Positions 29,302 through 41,354 are shown, counted from the stretch's first letter. The stretch: 64,000 nt of DNA from a virus (IMGVR_UViG_3300028832_000112:1-64000), one strand, 5' to 3'. A program made the numbers and translations. The notes: a model not told the origin generated them from the letters alone.

Positions 29302-30678
29302 TTATCCTTGAATATCGGACAAGTCCACTTCGATCTTCGACGTGATCTTGTTGCCGTCTGTAATGAAAACGTTGGACTCTGCCGGATAGAAGGCGTGAAG
29401 CGTGGTCACGGCGAAGTTGTCCGGGCCGACCATGCTGGGGTTGATGAACACCTTAGTCATGCGACCGTCTTCACGAGCGTCGATAGCGCCAGCGGCTCCA
29501 GTGTGCCAGTGACCCATGATGGCCACGTCGGCGTGGTTGCGGCGGATGTCGTTGCCGATGTTGCGGAGCACGGTGTTGATTGCGCCAGCAGCAGCCGTAG
29601 AACCCTTGTAGCGGTCGCCGTGTTCGAGCATCCATACTTGGTTGCCGATATTGGTGACTGCGAACGGTGCCTCGTCGTTGAACTCGACCGTGATGTTCTT
29701 GGCTTCGGCCTCGCAGCGATCCTTGATGGTGCTGTAGATGATGTGCTCGTAGTTGTCCATCGAGCGGTTGTGGGCCTGGAGCTTCTTTCCAGTGCGAGAG
29801 TGGTTGCCCACGACGCAAGAAATGGTCACGGACTTGAAGAGCTTCGCGTACTGGAGGATGAGACCGATCAAGATGGAGTTGAGTACGCTCACGCACTTGG
29901 GAGCCGTGAAGGCGTTGGTCTCGCGGAGTTCGTCGTGGATTTCGCCAGATATTAAGTCACCGAGCAAGAGCATGTGGAGCTTGTCGCAGCCTTCTGCCTT
30001 GGCGTGACGGTAGGTTTCCTCGAAGAACTTGACGAGGCGCTTCTGGGCGATTTCCGGGTTGTACTTGTTGTAGCAGTATGTGGCGTCTGGCTGAACCACT
30101 TCGCCGAAATGCACGTCGGAGATAGGCATGACGCAGTAGTTCGTTCCCTTCACCTTGGCGTCGATGAGGTTGAGCTTGATTTCGGCTGGCTTCACGGAAG
30201 CCGCAGCTTCGGCCATGCGGTTCACCTTCTGCTTGCCGATAAATGCTTCCTCGCGGATGATCCTCAATGCCCTTTCCGTCTTCTTCATTTCGCGCTTGTA
30301 GCGGGTTTCTGCACCGATGCGTTCGTCATCGGTATATGCGAACATCGGGTCTTCCTCGAACACCGTATCTTCCGGCTCATCCGTCGGAGAGAGTCTTTCC
30401 CTCGGATTCTTCGGCGGCTTCACGGTGCCTTCTTCGGACACCGGAGTCGTGATGTACTTGTGGGTCTGTTCAATGTTTTCCTTGAACTTGGCCTCGGTGA
30501 GATTTGGAGGAAGCCATCCAGCCTCGGTGAGCTCGTGCTGGTATGCGGCTACACGTGCCTCGTCGAAGTTGAAGTGCATGAGGAGATTGGCAATACCGAG
30601 GTTCTGTCCAAACTTCTTGGACTCGGTGTTGGAGGGCTTGCCTATGACGTGTGCAAGCTTGTTCGATTTTCTTGGCAT
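29302..30678 (-). CDS. Calcineurin-like metallophosphoesterase/nuclease with N-terminal extension
   Basis: SDVHFGE, LGDLISG, GNH, EHGD and GHWH motifs. Confidence 0.85.
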   Translation of the reverse strand: MPRKSNKLAHVIGKPSNTESKKFGQNLGIANLLMHFNFDEARVAAYQHELTEAGWLPPNLTEAKFKENIEQTHKYITTPVSEEGTVKPPKNPRERLSPTDEPEDTVFEEDPMFAYTDDERIGAETRYKREMKKTERALRIIREEAFIGKQKVNRMAEAAASVKPAEIKLNLIDAKVKGTNYCVMPISDVHFGEVVQPDATYCYNKYNPEIAQKRLVKFFEETYRHAKAEGCDKLHMLLLGDLISGEIHDELRETNAFTAPKCVSVLNSILIGLILQYAKLFKSVTISCVVGNHSRTGKKLQAHNRSMDNYEHIIYSTIKDRCEAEAKNITVEFNDEAPFAVTNIGNQVWMLEHGDRYKGSTAAAGAINTVLRNIGNDIRRNHADVAIMGHWHTGAAGAIDAREDGRMTKVFINPSMVGPDNFAVTTLHAFYPAESNVFITDGNKITSKIEVDLSDIQG

Positions 30679-30763
30679 AAGTGTATACCCTGTCGATTTG
30701 TAGTTGAAATTATCTTATTTCACCACAAGATGTTGTGGAAAAGGTAATAAATGCAAATTTGAA

Positions 30764-30792
30764 TTGCAAATTGACCGGGAATTTGCTATATT
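30764..30792 (+). promoter_or_regulatory. Sigma70-type early promoter
   Basis: TTGCAA-N17-TATATT with extended TG. Confidence 0.75.
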
Positions 30793-30808
30793 GGAGGCAG
30801 TTTTATCC

Positions 30809-31063
30809 ATGGAAAACATTATGAACGAACGAAACACTCCCCCTAACGTAGAGGAAAATGAGTCCTCGCAAAAGCCAATGTGCCCCAAATGTCCCAAGTG
30901 TCCAAAGGGCTGTACGCTTCATTTCCCTATCGCCGGGCTTACCATCGCCGTGTGCATGTCGTGGATATTCAACCATTCCGTACTGTGGGCCATTTTCCAC
31001 GGAATCCTCAACTGGTTCTACGTGGCATACAAGACCATCTGGTACGTTGTCAAGCATTATTAA
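30809..31063 (+). CDS. Small membrane protein
   Basis: IAVCMSWIFNHSVLWAIFHGILNWFYVAY hydrophobic hairpin. Confidence 0.65.
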   Translation: MENIMNERNTPPNVEENESSQKPMCPKCPKCPKGCTLHFPIAGLTIAVCMSWIFNHSVLWAIFHGILNWFYVAYKTIWYVVKHY

Positions 31064-31072
31064 GGAACCGAT

Positions 31073-31783
31073 ATGTCAGTCGAGCTTTTGAACATTACCC
31101 ACAATCCGCTTCAGTTCATCGGCAAGTGTGCTGGTGTCTGCTGGAACGCACCCATTGACGATGCGGAAAAGAACCGCAAACGTGCAATCTCTTGTATAAC
31201 GTCTGGCCATGGCCGTGTCATCGAGTTTCCCGATATTACTTTGGTCATCGACAACTATTCCGCCAGAATGATGCGTGAACTATACACCCATATCGGTGGC
31301 GCACCTACTCGTGTACAGTCGTCCACTCGCTATGTGGATGCCGAAAACTTCCAGTATTATACTCCGCCCAGTGTCGAGAGGAGCGACCTCGTCAAGTCCA
31401 TCTATCAGGTCGGCATGTCCAGCGCCGCGTCCACATACAAGGCTTTGACCGACATGGGAATTCCGAAGGAAGACGCTGCTAACCAGCTTCCGCTCGGCAT
31501 GGAATCCAAGATGGTCTGGAAGATCAACGTCCGTACGCTCATCAATTTCATGAACAAGCGTCTCTGCTCTCGCGCCTTGAAGGAAATCCGTGACTTCGCC
31601 AAGGAACTCAAGAACCTTCTGGCGAGCGTGGACGACGAATGGAAGTGGATCTGCGATAACTTGTTCGTACCTACTTGCGAACAGTACAAGTATCTGAATC
31701 CGGATGCATGCTTCTGCCTTGAAAAGCAGTGCTGTGGCCGTCATCCGCATATCACCAATCTTAATTTCACTAAAAAGAGGTAG
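31073..31783 (+). CDS. thyX: FAD-dependent thymidylate synthase
   Basis: SGHGRVIEF, RELYTH...VQSSTRY (variant ThyX motif), EDAANQLP, KRLCSRA. Confidence 0.85.
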   Translation: MSVELLNITHNPLQFIGKCAGVCWNAPIDDAEKNRKRAISCITSGHGRVIEFPDITLVIDNYSARMMRELYTHIGGAPTRVQSSTRYVDAENFQYYTPPSVERSDLVKSIYQVGMSSAASTYKALTDMGIPKEDAANQLPLGMESKMVWKINVRTLINFMNKRLCSRALKEIRDFAKELKNLLASVDDEWKWICDNLFVPTCEQYKYLNPDACFCLEKQCCGRHPHITNLNFTKKR

Positions 31784-31787
31784 ACAA

Positions 31788-32543
31788 ATGAAACTCAACT
31801 TAGAAAATCCCGTCAAACAGCTGGCATACTTGCGTTATGTGAAGGAATGGCAGCCCGAAGAAGACAACAAGGCTAGGAACCCCGGCGAAGCCGCCGTGTT
31901 CAAGGCTGGCAAGATCCGTGAACTCCTTGCCAATGACAAGTCCCAGTGCGACGCACTGAAGAAGCTCATGGATAGCGACGTGAAGATCAATCCGCGTGTC
32001 AAGAACTTGCCGCCGATCGACCGTCTTTACAAGCTTCTGTGCCAAGACAATACGGAAAAGGCGGATCGCTATGGACGCATGCTCCGCAAGTTCCGTGAAG
32101 TGAACAACATCTGGAACGAAGTGAACATCATCGACGGCCACATGTATGCCGCAACGACTGAAGAACCGTGGAAGCTCAAGCACTACGAACCGGGCATCGA
32201 AAGCGACAAGTGGCTCGTGATCGACGAAAAGCGTGGCGGCGAGTGCCTTGCCAAGCTCAATAAGAACAACAAGGACTATGGTGACTATCTTGTCAAGCGA
32301 TTCATGAAGCATCCGAAGCTCGGCGATGACGGCCTCGATATCCAGCCGAACCAGCCGTACCGCATGCTTACCTACGTGGGCAAGACCAAGCACGGCAATC
32401 GTCCGCTGTTCGTCGTGGTGTACATCGTACATTCATCCGGCGACTTCAAGAAGGACTTGTCCAAGCTTCCGCAAGAATGGGTTCCGCTCTACGTGAACGT
32501 GATGAGCATGCCCAACCGCAAGCCACCTGTAGAGGCAAAATAA
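31788..32543 (+). CDS. Hypothetical protein
   Basis: GAGG RBS; in operon between thyX and ligase. Confidence 0.7.
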   Translation: MKLNLENPVKQLAYLRYVKEWQPEEDNKARNPGEAAVFKAGKIRELLANDKSQCDALKKLMDSDVKINPRVKNLPPIDRLYKLLCQDNTEKADRYGRMLRKFREVNNIWNEVNIIDGHMYAATTEEPWKLKHYEPGIESDKWLVIDEKRGGECLAKLNKNNKDYGDYLVKRFMKHPKLGDDGLDIQPNQPYRMLTYVGKTKHGNRPLFVVVYIVHSSGDFKKDLSKLPQEWVPLYVNVMSMPNRKPPVEAK

Positions 32544-34664
<2,121 letters not shown>

Positions 34665-34673
34665 CGGTTCCAG

Positions 34674-34702
34674 TTGACAGAATCGACCTCGCTTGCTATA
34701 TT
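34674..34702 (+). promoter_or_regulatory. Sigma70-type early promoter
   Basis: TTGACA-N17-TATATT. Confidence 0.8.
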
Positions 34703-34721
34703 TGCGAGCGAGGTTTTTCTT

Positions 34722-34976
34722 ATGGAATGGATACTTGTTTTGTACTTTGCGTTTAATACTGGTGGCTATCATCAGGGCGGCGGTGGCGGAATTGCGCTTG
34801 ACCACATCGAGTTCCATACCGAAGAGCAATGCAAATCGGCTGGTGAACAGATTTTGGCAAATTTCAATTCGATAAACGGTTATACCTCGGTCTACAAAGA
34901 TGGAGGCAACAAGACGAACCGCAAGTATCTCTGTATCCACCGAGAAGACCCTAACAAAACAAAGAGGAAGAAATGA
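34722..34976 (+). CDS. Small secreted/membrane-anchored hypothetical protein
   Basis: GAGG RBS; MEWILVLYF start; F.TEEQC..AG...YLC pattern. Confidence 0.65.
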   Translation: MEWILVLYFAFNTGGYHQGGGGGIALDHIEFHTEEQCKSAGEQILANFNSINGYTSVYKDGGNKTNRKYLCIHREDPNKTKRKK

Positions 34977-35131
34977 CTAAGAAATCATACGTAAAGCCGA
35001 ATATGGAAATTATGGATATGCCAGTTGAATGCGCCTTGCTCGCTGGTTCTGGCGAAGAAGGCAATCCGTACTGGGAAGGCCCCGGAGAAGTTCCGGAAGG
35101 CTGCCAGTCCAACTGGTGGTGTGGCAAATGA
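34973..35131 (+). CDS. 52-aa RiPP-precursor-like peptide (not in the ORF track)
   Basis: MTKKSYVKPNMEIMDMPVECALLAGS-GEEGNPYWEGPGEVPEGCQSNWWCGK; GAGGA RBS; ATGA overlap with the upstream gene; fills the gap to the next gene. Confidence 0.75.
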   Translation: MTKKSYVKPNMEIMDMPVECALLAGSGEEGNPYWEGPGEVPEGCQSNWWCGK

Positions 35132-35139
35132 GGTAACTG

Positions 35140-36315
35140 ATGACAAATACTGAACAGCTTGTACGAATGAACGGAACCTTGATCATCAAGGTCATTTCCG
35201 GTTCTACTTCATTCGGTCTTAACACGCCTACGTCCGACCAAGACATCCGTGGTGTCTACATCATGCCTTGGGAAGACCGTGTAAGACAAGGTATTACAGA
35301 CCAGTACGCCGACAAGACGAACGACGAAACCTACTGGGAAATTACAAAGTTCTTCAAGGAACTGTCTAGGGCGAATCCGCAAGCCCTCGAAATGCTGTAT
35401 TCTCCGGATCGCTGCATTCTCGAAGGCAAGGAATACCTCTACAAGATCCGTAGGGAGATGGACTTCGTCACTCGCCGTTGCGAGAAGACCTTTGTCGAAT
35501 ACGCGAAGGGACAGATCTCTCGTGCGCGTGGCATGAACAAGAAGGTCTTCAAGCCGAAGCCGGAGGAACCGCCACAGGTTCTCGACTACTGCTACGTTCC
35601 GATGCCGAATGGCGGCGCGGTCAAGGTCAAGGACTGGCTCGCAACCCACAAGGACGACGAATACGGTTCAGACCAGAAATGGTACTCCATTGCGGCCATC
35701 GACCATATCGACAACGGCTTCGCTATTTACGGACAACCTAAGTCCGAGCGTGACGTGCCGGGTCAGACCGAGCACGAATGGCGCTGGGCGTACGGTATCG
35801 TTCGTAACGAGGTCACGAGCGGCGATGTCCAGCTGAACTCCATTCCGAAGGGCAAGCCAGTCCTCGGTTTCATGGTGTTCAACCGCAATGCCTACTCCAA
35901 GGAGTTCAAGGAACGCGCCGAGTACAAGGAATGGGTCGCGAAGCGCAACCCGGAAAGGTACAACACGACCATCGAGCATGGCCAAGGCTATGACGCCAAG
36001 AACATGATGCACTGCGTCCGCTTGCTGTTCACGGCTCGCGACATCGCAATGATGCACAAGGTCGTCGTCGACCGTTCTAACGAACGCGACTTCTTGCTCA
36101 ATATCAAGCAAGGCGGCTGGAAGTATGACGATATCTTGGAGTATTCCGAGAATCTGGTGAAAGAAGTCACACGTCTGTTTGCGACCTCCGACTTGTGCGA
36201 GGACGACTATTCGACTCTTGAGGTCGACAACTACGTTATCGATTTTATCAAGTATGTCGAGAAGATGGAATCTAATCCTCTAGTTCGGTTCGTTCGACGA
36301 TTGCTGAAACGCTAG
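35140..36315 (+). CDS. Pol-beta superfamily nucleotidyltransferase (RlaP / T4 NrdC.11-like)
   Basis: SGSTSFGLNTPTSDQDIRGV, KFF..L...NP..LE.L, YDAKNMMHCVRL, FLLNIK.G. Confidence 0.85.
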   Translation: MTNTEQLVRMNGTLIIKVISGSTSFGLNTPTSDQDIRGVYIMPWEDRVRQGITDQYADKTNDETYWEITKFFKELSRANPQALEMLYSPDRCILEGKEYLYKIRREMDFVTRRCEKTFVEYAKGQISRARGMNKKVFKPKPEEPPQVLDYCYVPMPNGGAVKVKDWLATHKDDEYGSDQKWYSIAAIDHIDNGFAIYGQPKSERDVPGQTEHEWRWAYGIVRNEVTSGDVQLNSIPKGKPVLGFMVFNRNAYSKEFKERAEYKEWVAKRNPERYNTTIEHGQGYDAKNMMHCVRLLFTARDIAMMHKVVVDRSNERDFLLNIKQGGWKYDDILEYSENLVKEVTRLFATSDLCEDDYSTLEVDNYVIDFIKYVEKMESNPLVRFVRRLLKR

Positions 36316-36338
36316 CTACCATGAACCAAGTTGATCCG

Positions 36339-36367
36339 TTGACGGCAGTCGACGGATTTGCTATATT
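36339..36367 (+). promoter_or_regulatory. Sigma70-type early promoter (probably leaderless transcript)
   Basis: TTGACG-N17-TATATT with ATG 6 nt downstream. Confidence 0.75.
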
Positions 36368-36373
36368 GGTGGC

Positions 36374-36580
36374 ATGTCTGAAGAAAAGAAGAAACAAGTA
36401 AGAAAGGTTTCCGTAGATATTCTGAACAACGGAAACATCGTCGGTGAAGAGGTGTACAAAGTGGTTGTCGCCCCAGATTCTACCGTAGACAAGGAAATTG
36501 CTTGGCGTCTTGCACACTTGAAGGACGAACAAGGCATGTCATGGAAAATCGACTCCGACGATTTGATTAGGGAGGTCTAA
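36374..36580 (+). CDS. Hypothetical protein
   Basis: 68-aa ORF directly after the promoter. Confidence 0.6.
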   Translation: MSEEKKKQVRKVSVDILNNGNIVGEEVYKVVVAPDSTVDKEIAWRLAHLKDEQGMSWKIDSDDLIREV

Positions 36581-37276
36581 ATGATCAACAATTACGAAGC
36601 CATCAAGAACTTGATGCATTTTGAAATGGAAGGTGACGTTTACTTCGTCCAAGTCATGCAGCGTGGCAAGGACAAGGGGAACAACAGAGACCGCATCATT
36701 CGTGACTACCATATCCACTCGTTCGTCCAGTTCGAAAAGGATTTCAAGGATATGGTCGAGATGTGCGAGAAGTACAATGCTCGTGCGATGATTCGATTGA
36801 ACCAGCGCAGCACCCTTGACGCCAACATCCAGACACAGATTGAATGCTTGAGACAGCAGCTCGAAGCGAACCGCGTCATGCGCAAGATGATCCGCACTGG
36901 CAACACCAATGCCGGATTCCCTACACTGTTGTCTGCACAGAAGTTCTACAGCAGCGCACTCGGCACGATCTGCACCGAAGCGTCCGAAACGAAGAAGTGG
37001 ATTGTCGATATCGACCCAGCCATGGTCAATGAACTCGATCCGTGCTTCCACGACGTCGAGGCTATCGCCGACTTGTTCGAAAAGTTCATCGTCGGCGAGT
37101 GCGGCATGCGTGACAATGTTCCCAAGATTTACTGCCGTCTTCCGTCCAAGCACGGTATCCACTTGGTCACGTCCACGTTCCGCAAGGACGTGTTCAACAA
37201 CCGATTCGGAAAACCGGGCAACCAAGACCAGTACATCATGACAGACGCTAACACTAACCTCTACATTCCGGACTAA
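36581..37276 (+). CDS. Conserved-looking phage hypothetical protein
   Basis: GGAGG RBS; [16 protein letters not shown] and PSKHGIHLV motifs (acidic DID plus His, possibly primase-polymerase-like). Confidence 0.65.
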   Translation: MINNYEAIKNLMHFEMEGDVYFVQVMQRGKDKGNNRDRIIRDYHIHSFVQFEKDFKDMVEMCEKYNARAMIRLNQRSTLDANIQTQIECLRQQLEANRVMRKMIRTGNTNAGFPTLLSAQKFYSSALGTICTEASETKKWIVDIDPAMVNELDPCFHDVEAIADLFEKFIVGECGMRDNVPKIYCRLPSKHGIHLVTSTFRKDVFNNRFGKPGNQDQYIMTDANTNLYIPD

Positions 37277-37278
37277 TT

Positions 37279-37548
37279 ATGTACAGAACGATCACTCCAG
37301 GCAGCGTATGGCGTCACTTCAAGGGTACTACGGCCAAGGTAATCACCGTGGCCAAGCACTCCGAGACTGGCGAGGAACTTGTTATCTATCAGTGCTCCGG
37401 CAACGCGGGCAAGACTAACCATACGGACGGCACGTACGCTCGTCCGAAGGATATGTTCTTGTCCGAAGTCGACCACGAGAAGTATCCGGATGTCAAGCAG
37501 AAGTACCGACTTGAGAAGGTTGAAGATGAAACTCTCGACATTAAGTAA
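37279..37548 (+). CDS. DUF1653 family protein
   Basis: WRHFKG...[14 protein letters not shown]...[16 protein letters not shown]...QKYR. Confidence 0.9.
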   Translation: MYRTITPGSVWRHFKGTTAKVITVAKHSETGEELVIYQCSGNAGKTNHTDGTYARPKDMFLSEVDHEKYPDVKQKYRLEKVEDETLDIK

Positions 37549-37717
37549 GATTTGCGCGTTCGAGCAGCTTTTGCTGCTCCTTATCAAGGAAGCCGAGAAG
37601 AAGGCGACCAGCAAGTGGAAGTCCTTCGTGAGGGGCGTGAAGACGGTTATCTACACGTTCATGGTTATCCGAATCTTGGTTGCAATTTATCTCAAGGTGA
37701 AGAACAAAGATGCCTAA
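37526..37717 (+). CDS. Small membrane protein
   Basis: 63 aa with a C-terminal hydrophobic helix; overlaps both neighbours. Confidence 0.5.
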   Translation: MKLSTLSKICAFEQLLLLLIKEAEKKATSKWKSFVRGVKTVIYTFMVIRILVAIYLKVKNKDA

Positions 37718-39440
37718 GAAGCCCATCGAAGACGCAGCTGATACAGTGGTGAAAGAAGTGTCGCCGGAAGTTGCCGAAGAGGGCAACAAGAAGTCCGACG
37801 CCGATGCAATCCGCAAGGTGAAGGACGAAATTTCCAAGCTTCCGTCCATCTGGATTGCGCATCCGACGCTGAAAGAATTTTTCACCGAAATGTTCGCGCT
37901 GGATAATTTGAAAGATCGCGTGAAGCAGTATGGTATCAAGACGCTTGTCGATAATACGGTCATTCCGCGTGTTGCTCGCGAGTACATATACACGACCGAT
38001 ACGGTATTGTCCTTGCTTGCACCCAATACGGTATTCACCAAGGCGTCCAACATGATCCGCAACCTAGCGCTGATGGATTCGCTAGTCGATGACATCACTG
38101 GCAAAATTGAACGCAGCAGCGAACTGGATTGCTACAATACCATCGCGGCTGTGCTGAAGAATGTCAAGGACTGCCCGATCCGACTGAGTGAATATTACAT
38201 CGACTACTTCCATGAAGTTCCTATGGGCGGCATGTTCTTGGTGTCTATGGCAGCATATCCGGTAGGGTCTGTAGTCGAGCTTCGTTCTCGCATGTTCAAG
38301 CGCAATAAGGGTGAAACGGATACAATTCATTGCAAGCTGCTTTACCGTACGGCGATTATCGAGGAAGACAAGTATGGCTATATTATCCATGGAACTGCTT
38401 CACAATTCGCCGTTATCGTCGAAATCCAAGAATACAACATGTTGGTGTTCTTGTATTTGAATACCAGCAACGACCGCTATGACTTGTCTATCCGTCGTCT
38501 TTTCCCCGGCGCATTGCCGATCTATGGTCTGTATCGTAAGAAAGAAGACTTTTTGGGCAACAACATGAGCTGGTGTCGCGCCTTGCCGTTCTCCATGGTC
38601 GATTTCACACAGTACGTCTGCCATATTGGCCATGGCGGTATCGGTGTGTACAAACGAGAAGAACTCGAATACAAGACCCGTCATGAGGTATTCGACAAGA
38701 AGACTGAACAGCTTGTACAGCGAATCGTGAACGCCGACAAGATGGGCTGTTCTCGTTCGTATGCGCTCGTCGGAATTCCCGGTACTGGCAAGTCCTTCAT
38801 CATGAACAAGATTGTCAAGGACAACAAGGACGCTGCCGTGATTATCCCTTGCTTGCCTGACGACGGCTTGAACTGGGATTACCGTCAATATCTGCAGAAC
38901 GCCATAACGGCAATTTCGAACTCGCACATCTACATCATGCTTGACGACTTCGACAAGTGCATGTCCGATGACGAGAAGAGCGGCAAGTCGAGCCAAGAGC
39001 TTATCTTCTTCTTCGACTTCCTCCACACGGAATGCCCCGGCGGCGTTGATGCGGACGGCAATCCGAGGAAGACGTTTACCTTGGTCGCAACGATGAACAA
39101 CCCGAAGACGCTGGCCAATGCCATCATCAAGCGTTCTGAACGATTCGACGAAGTCATCGAGATCGGTCTTCCGCAGTCGTTCATTTACGGAAAGCGTCTG
39201 AACATAATCAAGGACGAGGGCGACCGTACGAACTTCGACTCGATCAAGTTCCGCCCGGTCTACTGGTACATGCGCCGCAAGGTCATCACGCTTGCCGATA
39301 TCGGAAACATCTACGCCATCATGAAGACGCACCGCAACAAGGAATGCATCAACTGCACCTATGGCGTACGCGACTTGATGTACGCGATCCGTTTTATCCA
39401 GAAGAACCGCAAGTCCGCTTCGAAGGAGTATGCTATATGA
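37710..39440 (+). CDS. AAA+ ATPase with large N-terminal domain
   Basis: GIPGTGKS, IMLDDFD, ATMNNP, KRSERFD. Confidence 0.85.
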   Translation: MPKKPIEDAADTVVKEVSPEVAEEGNKKSDADAIRKVKDEISKLPSIWIAHPTLKEFFTEMFALDNLKDRVKQYGIKTLVDNTVIPRVAREYIYTTDTVLSLLAPNTVFTKASNMIRNLALMDSLVDDITGKIERSSELDCYNTIAAVLKNVKDCPIRLSEYYIDYFHEVPMGGMFLVSMAAYPVGSVVELRSRMFKRNKGETDTIHCKLLYRTAIIEEDKYGYIIHGTASQFAVIVEIQEYNMLVFLYLNTSNDRYDLSIRRLFPGALPIYGLYRKKEDFLGNNMSWCRALPFSMVDFTQYVCHIGHGGIGVYKREELEYKTRHEVFDKKTEQLVQRIVNADKMGCSRSYALVGIPGTGKSFIMNKIVKDNKDAAVIIPCLPDDGLNWDYRQYLQNAITAISNSHIYIMLDDFDKCMSDDEKSGKSSQELIFFFDFLHTECPGGVDADGNPRKTFTLVATMNNPKTLANAIIKRSERFDEVIEIGLPQSFIYGKRLNIIKDEGDRTNFDSIKFRPVYWYMRRKVITLADIGNIYAIMKTHRNKECINCTYGVRDLMYAIRFIQKNRKSASKEYAI

Positions 39441-39904
39441 TGATGTTTTCTTCATGCTGCGACAAGTGCGCCACTTGCGCGTTGGGTGCTGGCCATGGTT
39501 GCTTGGCTGGCCACGGCGACGACGACTACGTACCAGCCACAAAGCAAGAGGTTATCGACCGTCTTGACGCTGGCGATTATTGCAACGACCGTCAAGCGAT
39601 GATCGATTACTTGCAGAAGCGTTATAAATACGTGTACAGACTTCCTTGTGGCGACGCTGTCAAGTATCGGAATGCGGTGATCTCGTTGCTCAAGGCCCAG
39701 TACCAGTATGAAATAAGCAGTCCGTTCGCTCTGGTCGGTTATTTCTTGGAAAATCCGACATACTTCTATTCCAAGGCATTCATGCAGCAGCACTGGCCTG
39801 ATTACAGGTCGAGACCGTTTACTGAAGCCGAACGACGCTACAATGGACTGTCTCGTGCCGATCGTCGCTATGTATTTGAACAAGTTTGGGGAAAGAACAG
39901 ATAA
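39437..39904 (+). CDS. Hypothetical protein with Cys-rich N-terminus
   Basis: AAGGAG RBS; ATGA overlap; CCDKCATC...CLAGHGDDDY. Confidence 0.65.
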   Translation: MMMFSSCCDKCATCALGAGHGCLAGHGDDDYVPATKQEVIDRLDAGDYCNDRQAMIDYLQKRYKYVYRLPCGDAVKYRNAVISLLKAQYQYEISSPFALVGYFLENPTYFYSKAFMQQHWPDYRSRPFTEAERRYNGLSRADRRYVFEQVWGKNR

Positions 39905-39907
39905 ACT
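39900..39907 (+). promoter_or_regulatory. Putative late promoter motif GATAAACT
   Basis: 30 nt before ATG 39938. Confidence 0.6.
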
Positions 39908-39937
39908 CTATATATCACCAATAAAAAGGATTGATAT

Positions 39938-40141
39938 ATGGAAGATCAGAAGGTCTGCAACATTCTCACGAAGGTTCGTGGCATGAGCGTCAACGGACAG
40001 TCCCCAGTGGACTACATCGACGGCGTTCTCGACACGATCCCCAGCCATCACAACTTTACGCCGGAAGCTGCAGCTTGCCCTCGCAAGACGCCGATTCTGG
40101 GAGCCGATTACGGCCCTACCGACGCGAAGCCGTGCTTCTAA
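39938..40141 (+). CDS. 67-aa hypothetical protein, monocistronic late-type cassette
   Basis: AAGGA RBS; flanked by GATAAACT and a terminator. Confidence 0.65.
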   Translation: MEDQKVCNILTKVRGMSVNGQSPVDYIDGVLDTIPSHHNFTPEAAACPRKTPILGADYGPTDAKPCF

Positions 40142-40145
40142 TGAC

Positions 40146-40169
40146 AAGCCCCTCAACCGAGGGGCTTTT
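40146..40169 (+). terminator. Intrinsic terminator
   Basis: aagcccctc-aacc-gaggggctttt. Confidence 0.8.
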
Positions 40170-40186
40170 AATATAATTTCATTTGC

Positions 40187-40732
40187 ATGAATACAAATGT
40201 AGATTTTAACTTGTGGTTTAGCGATGAAAACTCCGAAGGCGCTCGTCGCAAGACCGTCCTAGATGAAGAACCAGCACCAAGGCTGCCGAGCATTCCGATG
40301 CATCCAAATAGCATCCTTGTTAGCAATAGGTTCACCGTGAAGTTCATCCCAGAAAAAACTTCGGCGTGGTCGATTGACAACCTTGGTAACTACATCAAGG
40401 ATATCGACTTCAAACCGAAGGAGATTCTGTTTTCGTTCTATAACACGAAGGACTTTCAGTTCTACCGAGAGGCGAATAAGTTTGGCTGTACTGGCATAAT
40501 TGTAGTTGACATCACGTCCTATGACGGCGTCACTCCAGTAGAAACGACTCGCTACCGTGTCCGTATATCCGAACCGCCTTGGCGTTCAACTTTGTCTGCA
40601 TCTGACGAGGAATCGTTCTCGCTCACTTATGTCAAGGGAACCATTATGGCCGTCGGAGAACCGGACGAAGTCGAATGGCATGACCATACCGATATATCGG
40701 TCGGTGCCGAACGGTTCGATTCTGCATGGTAA
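40187..40732 (+). CDS. Hypothetical protein
   Basis: 181-aa ORF. Confidence 0.6.
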   Translation: MNTNVDFNLWFSDENSEGARRKTVLDEEPAPRLPSIPMHPNSILVSNRFTVKFIPEKTSAWSIDNLGNYIKDIDFKPKEILFSFYNTKDFQFYREANKFGCTGIIVVDITSYDGVTPVETTRYRVRISEPPWRSTLSASDEESFSLTYVKGTIMAVGEPDEVEWHDHTDISVGAERFDSAW

Positions 40733-41299
40733 TCAGCGAGCCCTCAAGGCTTTCCAGTCACTTCTAGCCCTTTCCAAGGCCGAGTCGAATTCAGACTTGG
40801 CCTTTTCCATATAGGCGGCGATGTGCTTCGATAGAAGCGCCTTGGCAACTGTCTCGTAGTCTTCGGTGTAGTAGACGTTGCATCCGTCGTCGCAGAAGCC
40901 GTAGTCGTCCACTTGGCGCAAGGACACCTCGTCCACGTCCTCCGGCATGTCGTGGGTTATTCCGTTAACCAGATCCCAGTGTAGGCAGAGTATCGTGTTG
41001 CTGGGCGTAGTGTCGAAGTCGACCGAGTGCTCGTTGCCCTGCATGTCCTCGAAAATGACGCACTTTCCACGGTTCGTGTTCGTGACGAGCTTGACTATCA
41101 TCGAATCCGGGTGCTTTTCGGAATGCTGCCCAGCGGTAGCGTCCTCGTGGTAGATCAAGTTGTGGTGGATAGGGCACAACGGAATAGTCACCTTCTTGCC
41201 GAGGCGGTTTCCGGCCTCTCTGAGGTGGATATGGTGGTATTCTATAAGCGAACGCTTGTCTGTTTCGTAATTACAGCCTGGAAAGCAGCACTTGTACAT
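40733..41299 (-). CDS. HNH endonuclease domain protein
   Basis: CCFPGC...IEYHHIH...TIPLCPIHHNLI. Confidence 0.7.
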   Translation of the reverse strand: MYKCCFPGCNYETDKRSLIEYHHIHLREAGNRLGKKVTIPLCPIHHNLIYHEDATAGQHSEKHPDSMIVKLVTNTNRGKCVIFEDMQGNEHSVDFDTTPSNTILCLHWDLVNGITHDMPEDVDEVSLRQVDDYGFCDDGCNVYYTEDYETVAKALLSKHIAAYMEKAKSEFDSALERARSDWKALRAR

Positions 41300-41309
41300 G
41301 GCACCAAAC

Positions 41310-41354
41310 TTGATTGTTTGAACGAAATATACTATATTTCAAGTCATGATTCAA
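41310..41354. promoter_or_regulatory. Overlapping divergent early promoters
   Basis: + strand TTGATT(41310)-N17-TATATT(41333); minus strand TTGAAT(41354)-N17-TATATT(41331); palindrome gaaatat-act-atatttc. Confidence 0.65.
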
